Of a stretch of 64,000 nucleotides of DNA, positions 19,952 through 27,634 are shown piece by piece. Made by a program: the position numbers and the translations under genes. The stretch is from Chthonomonadales bacterium (lineage in GTDB: Bacteria > Armatimonadota > Chthonomonadetes > Chthonomonadales > CAJBBX01): positions 154,914 to 218,913 of the forward strand of contig JBBIPC010000004.1 of assembly GCA_037443035.1 (NCBI GenBank), written 5' to 3'. The notes below the pieces were generated by a model, which was given only the letters and a program-made list of their open reading frames with translations, made no database searches and had not been told where the DNA came from. How positions within the stretch are numbered: the first letter of the stretch is position 1; every line of letters begins with the position of its first letter.

Positions 19952-20705
19952 GCATGAACTTGATCAGGTACTCCAGCTCTTCCGTCATTTCCAGCTCGTC
20001 CTCGATGCGAGCAATGGCCTGCGACAGGTTCAGGTCGGAGCGGTACAGTAACTTGTAGGCTTGCCTGAGGGTTGTGCGTGAGGCAGGCGGTACGCCAGAA
20101 CGGCGCAGGCCGATGACGTTCAGCTCGATGACCCTGGCCGGCACTCCGTCAGCCAGCATGAAGGGCGGCACATCTTGGTTCACCTTGCTCACACCACCCA
20201 GCATGGCTAGCCGCCCGATTCTGCAGAACTGGTGTACGCCTACCATCCCACCGAACACGGTATTGTCCTCGAGCGTAACGTGGCCCGAGAGGCCGACATA
20301 GCTGGCGATCGTATTGTTATCGCCGAGTTCGCAGTTGTGGCCGACGTGGGAATACGCCATGAACATATTGTCGTTGCCGATGACAGTTGCGGCCCCTTCG
20401 CCAACCGCCCGATGCAGCGTCACACATTCCCGAATGGTGTTATTGTCGCCAACGATGAGGAGGCTCTTTTCACCACGGAACTTGTGGTCCTGGGGAATAC
20501 CTCCCAGCACGGCGCCGGGGTAGACAACGCACCGGCGGCCCAGCCGAGTTCCAGGCATGAGGCAGACGTGGGAGATCAACTCCGTCCCCTCTCCAACGTG
20601 AACATCATTATGGATGACGCAGTAAGGGCCGACCACTACGGTGTCAGCGAGATAGGCTCCAGGATCGACAACCGCTGTCGGATGAATGCGTGGTGGCATC
20701 CTCAC
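19899..20705 (-). CDS. lpxA: Acyl-ACP--UDP-N-acetylglucosamine O-acyltransferase
   Basis: IHPTAVVDPGA start, left-handed beta-helix hexapeptide repeats, and a C-terminal helical domain (LRQAYKLLYRS). Confidence 0.92.
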   Translation of the reverse strand: MRMPPRIHPTAVVDPGAYLADTVVVGPYCVIHNDVHVGEGTELISHVCLMPGTRLGRRCVVYPGAVLGGIPQDHKFRGEKSLLIVGDNNTIRECVTLHRAVGEGAATVIGNDNMFMAYSHVGHNCELGDNNTIASYVGLSGHVTLEDNTVFGGMVGVHQFCRIGRLAMLGGVSKVNQDVPPFMLADGVPARVIELNVIGLRRSGVPPASRTTLRQAYKLLYRSDLNLSQAIARIEDELEMTEELEYLIKFMRGTQSGYAGRGNEKRRD

Positions 20706-21175
20706 TTGCCTCCATTTGCGTTTGCCAGGATTTCGGCGTTCGGCGTCCGCGGCGGAATCAGCTTGAAGTGCATCTCAGCCTCTGCGACGATGTCGCCCTC
20801 CACTCGCCCCACGAGGGTCACCTTCCCCACCATATTCCGGAAGTAGACGAGATTCACTTCCGTGATAAGCGCATCACCTGGCACGACGGGTCGCTTGAAG
20901 CGCACATTGTCCACCCTCGCGATGACTGGGATCATATTGCGGAACTCTGGAACCGACAGCATCAGAACGCCCCCGACCTGCGCCATCGCCTCGATGATCA
21001 GCACCCCGGGCATGATCGCTTGGGCAGGGAAATGGCCATTGAAATAGTCTTCATTGATCGTGACGTTCTTCAGACCGACGGCACGTTTGCCCGGTTCGAT
21101 CTCCAGGATACGGTCCACCAACAGCATGGGGAAGCGATGGGGTAGACACGACCTGATGTCTTCAACGTCCAGCAT
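20702..21175 (-). CDS. fabZ: 3-hydroxyacyl-ACP dehydratase
   Basis: LPHRFPMLLVDRILE and YFNGHFPAQAIMPGVL motifs. 4-nt overlap with lpxA. Confidence 0.92.
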   Translation of the reverse strand: MLDVEDIRSCLPHRFPMLLVDRILEIEPGKRAVGLKNVTINEDYFNGHFPAQAIMPGVLIIEAMAQVGGVLMLSVPEFRNMIPVIARVDNVRFKRPVVPGDALITEVNLVYFRNMVGKVTLVGRVEGDIVAEAEMHFKLIPPRTPNAEILANANGGK

Positions 21176-21190
21176 TACTCTCTCCTTGTG

Positions 21191-22087
21191 TTATCGAATG
21201 CTCCCGTGCGAGCAAGCGCTTGGAACTACGTCTGCGGCACTGTACAACCCGCGCACGAGACAGTGATTGAGTTTGTGCCCCGGTTGCACGGCAGTGATGT
21301 GTCCGAGAAAGCGGCGCCCGATGACAAATAAGTCGCCGATGAGGTCCAGCACCTTGTGGCGAAGACATTCATCTGGGAACCGCAGGGCGCAAGAGTACCG
21401 GTCCTCGTAAATGACCACGGCGTTCTCCAAGCTGCCGCCCAACGCCAGCCCGCGCTGAAGTAGCTCCTGGACCTCCATCGCGAATCCATAGGTTCGCGCC
21501 GGCGCTAGCTCCGTCTCGAATGTCGCTGGTGTCACGGCATAGGCTCCGGCCTGCGTCCCCAGCAACGGATGCTCATAGTGCAGGACACAAGTGATGCTTG
21601 TCGAGTGTGCAGGCTCGGCCACCAGACAGCTCGAGCCTGCGACGACTGCGTAGGGTACCACAGGTGACACTGCTACGGCTTCGGCTGGCTGGTCCACTAC
21701 GCCTGCAGTTAGTATGGCCTCGACCCACGGTCGTGCGCTGCCATCGAGAGCTGGGATCTCCGGTCCGTCCACGTGCACGCTTGCGTTGTCTACGCCGAGA
21801 CCGTGGAGAGCCGCGAGAAGGTGTTCTACGGTCATGATCTGGGCGCCGTCGGCTCCAACTGTCGTCGCCCGCTCGGTGGATAGCACCGCTGCGGGGCTAA
21901 GAGGCAACCGCGTTCCCGCTACTACGAACTCGATTCCCCGATCAGCCTCCGCCGGTTCGATGGTGACCGTGCTAGTGGCACCGGTATGGAGTCCAGTACC
22001 CGTGAGGGTTACCGAAGTGCGAAGTGTTCGCTGCGGTTCACCAGTTGGTAACTCTGCAAGCCGCCTGGCCTGCAATGCTGCACTCAC
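21191..22087 (-). CDS. lpxC: UDP-3-O-acyl-N-acetylglucosamine deacetylase
   Basis: [22 protein letters not shown] and [10 protein letters not shown] motifs. 4-nt overlap with lpxD. Confidence 0.9.
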   Translation of the reverse strand: MSAALQARRLAELPTGEPQRTLRTSVTLTGTGLHTGATSTVTIEPAEADRGIEFVVAGTRLPLSPAAVLSTERATTVGADGAQIMTVEHLLAALHGLGVDNASVHVDGPEIPALDGSARPWVEAILTAGVVDQPAEAVAVSPVVPYAVVAGSSCLVAEPAHSTSITCVLHYEHPLLGTQAGAYAVTPATFETELAPARTYGFAMEVQELLQRGLALGGSLENAVVIYEDRYSCALRFPDECLRHKVLDLIGDLFVIGRRFLGHITAVQPGHKLNHCLVRGLYSAADVVPSACSHGSIR

Positions 22088-23247
22088 CCGTCTTCTCGTG
22101 GCGATGGGTCTGGCCCGTGGCCCGTACGCAGCGACCTTTGCAGAGCTTCCTCGAGAGATGCGATTCGGGCCGCGAGTGCGGCATTCTCTTCTTCGAGCCT
22201 TCGTATGGCGCGAAGAGTCTCGGGTCCCCTGACGGCGGCGGCTTTCTGGCGAAGGCGTTCCCGATGGGGTTGTGCTGGGTTACCGGAAAACACGGCGCCG
22301 GCAGGTACGTCGCTCCATACGCCCGCCTGTCCGAGGAGCGCAGCCCTTTCGCCAACGACGACGTGGTCCCTAAGCCCGACCTGGCCGGCGATCGTTACCC
22401 CGTCGCCGATGACGGCGCTCCCCGCAATGCCGGTCTGTGCCGCAATCACAACATCCGCTCCAATCCGGACGTTGTGAGCAACTTGCACAAGGTTGTCAAT
22501 CTTGGTACGCGGTCCGATGATGGTCGAACCCGTCTTGGCTCTGTCGATCGTGGTGTTCGCACCAATCTCAGCATCGGAGTGGATGACGACGTTGCCGATA
22601 TGAGGAACCTTGTGAAGCCCGCTGCCAATGCGGACGAAACCGAACCCGTCAGCGCCTATGACCGCGCCCGCGTGAATGATGACGCGAGCACCGAGAACTG
22701 TATGTGCGTACAAGACCACGTTGGGGTGGAGGATGCAGTCCTCGCCGACAATGCAGTCGTCACCGATCACGCAGTTGGCCAGAATGATCGCCCGTTCGCC
22801 CACGACCGTACGATCACCAATGTGCACATGCGGCCCGATGGACGCAGACGGAGGAACGACTGCCTCCCGACCGATGACCGCAGTGGGATGGATACCAAGC
22901 GGTGGTGCTAGTCGGGGTGCGAAGAGGTCGAGAATCTGTGCGAACGCGAACCTAGGATTCTCGACCTTGATGAGCGGTTTGTCCGGCACGACGGCATCCA
23001 GAAACGCCACGACCGCCGATGCTCTCGATCGGGCTGCTTCGGACAGAAAACGAGCGTTCTCAGCGAAGACGATATCCCCTTGCTCTGCATCCCTGATGGA
23101 GGCTACTCCCCCGATCTCCACGGATCCATCGCCGGTGACCTTGCCCTGCACGGCCTCGGCCAGCTCGTTGACAGTGAGGGATCGGGCCGAACGTGGGCAC
23201 CGTTCACCGATGGTAGGATTGTCTAGATCAGCGTTCTCCTCGGTCAT
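22084..23247 (-). CDS. lpxD: UDP-3-O-acylglucosamine N-acyltransferase with a C-terminal coiled-coil extension
   Basis: Long hexapeptide-repeat beta-helix (IHPTAVIG..., [20 protein letters not shown]). About 45 extra C-terminal residues have a heptad pattern ([25 protein letters not shown]). Confidence 0.9.
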   Translation of the reverse strand: MTEENADLDNPTIGERCPRSARSLTVNELAEAVQGKVTGDGSVEIGGVASIRDAEQGDIVFAENARFLSEAARSRASAVVAFLDAVVPDKPLIKVENPRFAFAQILDLFAPRLAPPLGIHPTAVIGREAVVPPSASIGPHVHIGDRTVVGERAIILANCVIGDDCIVGEDCILHPNVVLYAHTVLGARVIIHAGAVIGADGFGFVRIGSGLHKVPHIGNVVIHSDAEIGANTTIDRAKTGSTIIGPRTKIDNLVQVAHNVRIGADVVIAAQTGIAGSAVIGDGVTIAGQVGLRDHVVVGERAALLGQAGVWSDVPAGAVFSGNPAQPHRERLRQKAAAVRGPETLRAIRRLEEENAALAARIASLEEALQRSLRTGHGPDPSPREDG

Positions 23248-23268
23248 ATTCGCTCCAACTCGATACCG

Positions 23269-24330
23269 TTATCTTGCCTTCCAGAGATCTCCAAGGTACT
23301 TCTGGAGATCGGTTGTACGATCGGGCAAGTGCTTCCCGCCATGCAATGCCAATTCCCATCGCTCCTCGCGCGCGTAATAGCGGGCTCGTCTAAGAGCATC
23401 ATCGCGCACTGCCGCAGAGAGCCATGGAGCATGCACCTCTCCGTTGGATGGTGTGGCATCGCTGCTGGTTGTAGTGGGGGACGGCGCAGCAGCCAACGGC
23501 GGCATGCGCACACCACGGCGGGCCGGCGAGTATGCAAGCTCTGGCACCTCGGCCACTGCGCGTACCGTGGCCTCTCGGTAGCTACGCACCGCCCGCGCGA
23601 GCTCGGCTGTCTCGGCCTGGATCGCAGCCTCCCGTTGAGCTATCCTAGCGTTTTCTGCCTCCTCCAGCCGAAGGCGGGCCTGCTGGTACTCCTCGCTCCG
23701 GATGCGTGCTATGTCCGTGCGCAGCCGTTTCTGCGCCTCCTTCCTTTCCTGCACGGTTACAGCCAGTTGGTGCAGCACCTCGCTCTGTGGTCCCGCAGCA
23801 AGAGAACCGACCTGTGTCTCGAGTCCTATCTGACGCAACTCGAGCGCTCGCATTCGCTGTGACGCCTCCCGAAGCAGCGGCGCCTCGCGTTCGGCGGCGC
23901 GTGCCTCGGCCTCCCGATATGCCGTGGCCCGAGCAGCCTCCATTGCCGCTAAGTCCAGGCCCACTCGTCTTCCCGCGTGCCGTTCGATCCGCATGGAGGC
24001 TCGCGTCGCCAGCAGCTGTATCCGCTCTTCGTAGGCTGGCGGACCCGTGTACCGCCGCATCCTCTCGACGGCGGCTCCAACATCGAACGGGCGAAGTTCC
24101 TCCTCAGACAGACCGCGCGCATACCTTGTGGACGGTCTGGCAGGCTCATCGGGCGCAGCGGGGCGCTTGCCCTGGTCCAAGGCACGAAATGCCGGGTGCA
24201 TGGCACTCAGACGGACCCAATCCACAAAGACGACGTGCCGCGTCGTCGGCCGGTTCTGCGCACATCCCGAGGCCATCATGGCAAGGATCAGAGCCGCCCG
24301 GTTGGCCCGCGGTCTCCGCCGTGCCTTCAT
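23269..24330 (-). CDS. Hypothetical coiled-coil lipoprotein
   Basis: Lipobox-like ILAMMASGC after a basic N-terminus. There is a long Ala/Arg/Glu-rich helical region and no catalytic motif I recognise. It is tightly packed between skp and lpxD (gaps of 11 and 21 nt). Confidence 0.6.
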   Translation of the reverse strand: MKARRRPRANRAALILAMMASGCAQNRPTTRHVVFVDWVRLSAMHPAFRALDQGKRPAAPDEPARPSTRYARGLSEEELRPFDVGAAVERMRRYTGPPAYEERIQLLATRASMRIERHAGRRVGLDLAAMEAARATAYREAEARAAEREAPLLREASQRMRALELRQIGLETQVGSLAAGPQSEVLHQLAVTVQERKEAQKRLRTDIARIRSEEYQQARLRLEEAENARIAQREAAIQAETAELARAVRSYREATVRAVAEVPELAYSPARRGVRMPPLAAAPSPTTTSSDATPSNGEVHAPWLSAAVRDDALRRARYYAREERWELALHGGKHLPDRTTDLQKYLGDLWKAR

Positions 24331-24341
24331 CGTTGGCAGAC

Positions 24342-25010
24342 CTACTTGGAGTTGAGGTCCTTGATCACCTCGTCTGTCAGGTCGGCACCGGCATACAGAG
24401 CAACCTGAGCATCGAAAACTATACTGATGCTCTTCTTCTCGGCGACTCGCTTGACGGCCGCCCTGAACGCCTGCGTGAGGCGGTCCTGGTTAGCCATCCC
24501 AAAGTCCCGCAGTGCAGTGTCCTCCTCGTCTCGTATCTGGTCTATGCGCTGTTGCACCCGACTACGCGCCGCCTCGGCGTCCTTGAGCCGCTGCTTGTCG
24601 GCGTCCGTCAGGTCCTTCTCCGGCTTCTGCATCAGGGCGGCGACCTCGCCCGTGAGCCTTATGCCCTTGTCCGAAAGCTCCTTGGCCTTCGCAGTTTCTT
24701 CTGGTGTCCGCGTTGCGGGATCTTTGGCCTCGATGGCATCCAGCTGTTTGAGCTCGTCTTCCGTCAGGTAAGGCATGTTCATCCAGCGCTGGATTCGGGC
24801 ATTCGCCTTCGCCTGCCTCGCGCTCAGCTCCGTCTGAGCCACCTGCATCGCCTTGTATTCGCGAGTAACCTTCTGCACGTCTACCGTGCCGAACGTGGCG
24901 CCGGCAGCAGGCTTGGGGCTCTGACCCGTAGCAGCGACTGCCACGACGACGCAGAGCAGAATTGTGGCGAGGATCAAAGCTCGCCACGAACCGACCGTAT
25001 TGGTCATCAA
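24342..25010 (-). CDS. skp: OmpH/Skp family periplasmic chaperone
   Basis: Signal/TM segment, then FGTVDVQKV... and long charged helices ending in ...ISIVFDAQVALYAG, typical of OmpH. It has the canonical position downstream of bamA. Confidence 0.75.
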   Translation of the reverse strand: MMTNTVGSWRALILATILLCVVVAVAATGQSPKPAAGATFGTVDVQKVTREYKAMQVAQTELSARQAKANARIQRWMNMPYLTEDELKQLDAIEAKDPATRTPEETAKAKELSDKGIRLTGEVAALMQKPEKDLTDADKQRLKDAEAARSRVQQRIDQIRDEEDTALRDFGMANQDRLTQAFRAAVKRVAEKKSISIVFDAQVALYAGADLTDEVIKDLNSK

Positions 25011-25059
25011 TTGGTCCTCCGTAGATTTGGCCGCGACATTATAGCACTCGGCTCCCCAC

Positions 25060-26925
25060 CTAGAAGACGTGCCCGATACTGAAGTGTGTTCGCGCCCCCT
25101 CGCGTCCGAAACCTTGGTCGATCCGAATCGGACCGATGGGCGTCGTCACGCGGAGACCAAGGCCGAACCCAACCGAAGGGCTGAAGCCTGCGTGCTGCAC
25201 GAAGTTGGCGAACGTCACTGCGGAGTATGGTCCGCCCCACGCATCGCCCACATCCACGAACAGCACACCCGTCAGCGCCTGAGCCAGGGGCGCTCGCAGT
25301 TCCACGGATGCCAGGAACATGTTCTTGCCCCAGAAGCGATCCTCGTTGTAGCCACGGAGTGTTTCGGCGCCGCCCATAAAGTACTGTTCGAAGAATGGGA
25401 CTGTTCCCCCCGTCATGCCCAGCGACAGTCGCGTTGCCACAGTCGTCACCCGGTCGGTAGCCTTCTTGCGACGTCCACGAACTGTGAAGTACCTGCGTGC
25501 ATCCACCTGCACCTTCTGGAAGGTCACAGATCCTTCCACTACAGGAGCGGTACCCGTTGAACCGAGAACCGGCTTGAGGTCGGCCTGGCCGATATCCACA
25601 CTGTAAAGCTCGTATCCGCCCGACGACGGGTCGAGATTGACGTCCCGAGTGTTGTGCGTGAGCCGAACGCTCGCGACGCCGATGGGTCCTTTCTGCAGGG
25701 CCGCAGCGTCGTTCGGATTGAGGTTCAGCGAGGGTAGGTTCACGTTGTCGTACCGCAGCCCAACCGACCCGCGATAGCTCTCCCCGAATGGTCGGCTCAG
25801 CGTGACCTGGCCGCCCGTGTGCATCTCGTAGTAGTCGTTACTCGTCTCGTCCACAGTGCCTGTCGTGCTGTAGATCCGTTGCGCGAACCTGTACACCGTC
25901 TTGTCGTAGGCACTGACAGACAGCGACGTGTTCTTCGAATCGAGCCATGGCTCTGTGAAGCCGACTTCCACGCTGTTCCGATTCGCGAAGCCACCAGTAT
26001 CCCACCGAAGGCTGATGGCCTGGCCGCGGCCCTGGAAGTTGCTCTCGACGATCTCGGCGCCACCCACCAGGCTGTTGCGACTGCTGTAGCCAATAAACAC
26101 CGAGGCATTCCCCGTACGCTTCTCCTCGATGTTCAGCGTGATATCCACAAGCCCCGGCGACTTCGGGATGATCGCGGGAGAGATGTCAGCGAACAGGTCT
26201 GTGTTGATGATCCGGTAGTAGTCTCGCGTGAACACCTCCGAGTTGTAGTACTCGCCTTTCTTGAGTTTCATTTCCCGGGTCACTACGTACGGCCGTGTCT
26301 TCTTCAAGCCGGTGATCTTCACCTCATCCACCTTGGCCACAATGATGGGGATCTCGAGGATGCCGTTGGGCATGCTCACATCGCTGGACACGATGGCCAT
26401 GTACCCTTTCGACCGGTAATACTCCTGAATGGTGGTGGCATCCGTGCGTAGGATGCCCATATTCAGGACGAGACCTTCCTTCGTCTTCATGAGGTCTCTG
26501 ATGACCTTCGCCGGAATGGGGCCGGAGCCTGTGATGCTGATACCTTTGACGAGGTCGTTTTCTTCCACCTCGATGGTCACCTGCGCACCGCTACTGTCAG
26601 CCGCGGCGACGATGCGCACTGCTTCGTCGGGATCATCAACGCGGTTCGCCCCGAAAAGCTGCGTCTGGAGAAGCCGCTGCTTTGCACGATCGAGCGCTTG
26701 TTGGTTGATCGGATCCCCAACCTTGAGACCGGAGGCGCTGATGATAGCCTCACTGCTCAGGTTCTTGTTACCCTTGACCACGATGGACCTAATGATCGGC
26801 TCCGGTGTCTGCCCCATCACTGCCGCTGGTAGAGTGACACCAGCAACCACCATGACACCAGCGACCACCGCCGTGCCAACTGCTACGATGAGCTTCAAGC
26901 GGTTCTCTCCTTCCCGGGTAGTCAT
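25060..26925 (-). CDS. bamA: Outer membrane protein assembly factor BamA (Omp85 family), short form
   Basis: POTRA-like repeats (IRSIVVKGNKNLS..., ISITGSG..., VKITGLKKTRPYVV) and a C-terminal beta-barrel ending in ..THFSIGHVF with a terminal aromatic residue. At 621 aa there is room for about 3 POTRA domains. Confidence 0.9.
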   Translation of the reverse strand: MTTREGENRLKLIVAVGTAVVAGVMVVAGVTLPAAVMGQTPEPIIRSIVVKGNKNLSSEAIISASGLKVGDPINQQALDRAKQRLLQTQLFGANRVDDPDEAVRIVAAADSSGAQVTIEVEENDLVKGISITGSGPIPAKVIRDLMKTKEGLVLNMGILRTDATTIQEYYRSKGYMAIVSSDVSMPNGILEIPIIVAKVDEVKITGLKKTRPYVVTREMKLKKGEYYNSEVFTRDYYRIINTDLFADISPAIIPKSPGLVDITLNIEEKRTGNASVFIGYSSRNSLVGGAEIVESNFQGRGQAISLRWDTGGFANRNSVEVGFTEPWLDSKNTSLSVSAYDKTVYRFAQRIYSTTGTVDETSNDYYEMHTGGQVTLSRPFGESYRGSVGLRYDNVNLPSLNLNPNDAAALQKGPIGVASVRLTHNTRDVNLDPSSGGYELYSVDIGQADLKPVLGSTGTAPVVEGSVTFQKVQVDARRYFTVRGRRKKATDRVTTVATRLSLGMTGGTVPFFEQYFMGGAETLRGYNEDRFWGKNMFLASVELRAPLAQALTGVLFVDVGDAWGGPYSAVTFANFVQHAGFSPSVGFGLGLRVTTPIGPIRIDQGFGREGARTHFSIGHVF

Positions 26926-27527
26926 TCTTCCGTTTCGTCTTCCCTGCGATGCGCGCCGAGGTAATACGCCCCCAGACGTTGCCGGAGCATCGCCCGCGCT
27001 CTGGATAGGCGCGTCTTGACGTTGTCCAGCGATATACCTGTCGCGTCGGCTATTTCATTATAGGATAGTCCCTGCAATTCCCGTAACACCACCACTTCGC
27101 GGTAGTCTGGCGGGAGGGACTCGATGGCAGCCATGATTCTCGCCTGCAACTCCTTGCGTTCCAGCACAGTATGTGGGGACTGGCTCTCGTCCGCTATCTC
27201 CATGGTATCCACGCTACCGGTACCGGTATCCGCCCTCGCCGGCTCGTCCAGGGATATAGTTCGCGCGTCTGTCCGTCTGCGACGGCGAAGGCGGTTTCGG
27301 CTGTGGTTGAGTGCGATTTGGTAGAGCCACGTGTAGACAGACGATTCCCCACGAAAACGATGGAAGTGCCGGTAGGCGCTGATGAAAGCCTCCTGCGTCA
27401 CGTCGGCGGCCTCTTCGTAGTTGCCGAGGATCCGATACACGACGTTGAAGATCGGCTTCTCGTACCTAGCGACGACCTCATCGAAGCTGCTGAACTCCTC
27501 GCCTCTCGCAGGCGGCCGGTCATCCAT
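26922..27527 (-). CDS. ECF-type RNA polymerase sigma factor, translationally coupled to bamA
   Basis: Region 2 (IFNVVYRILGNYEEAADVTQEAFISAYR, WLYQIALNHSRN) and region 4 (VVVLRELQGLSYNEIADATGISLDNVKTRLSRARAML). Its TGA overlaps the bamA ATG (ATGA at 26922-26925). Confidence 0.85.
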   Translation of the reverse strand: MDDRPPARGEEFSSFDEVVARYEKPIFNVVYRILGNYEEAADVTQEAFISAYRHFHRFRGESSVYTWLYQIALNHSRNRLRRRRRTDARTISLDEPARADTGTGSVDTMEIADESQSPHTVLERKELQARIMAAIESLPPDYREVVVLRELQGLSYNEIADATGISLDNVKTRLSRARAMLRQRLGAYYLGAHRREDETEE

Positions 27528-27634
27528 GAGCCGTCATCCGTACTGCGCGCCACCCGCGCAGCAGCGCATTCCGCAGCTTCATCTCCGGACGTCCTGGCCC
27601 CACCGCACCTGTCTGCCCGCAGGCAATGCATCAT

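Noticed and set aside
23706-25082. A 458-aa plus-strand ORF spanning skp and the lipoprotein gene in antisense.
   Set aside because: Same reasoning. It crosses two well-supported minus-strand genes and their intergenic gap, and its composition is dominated by R, P and A.
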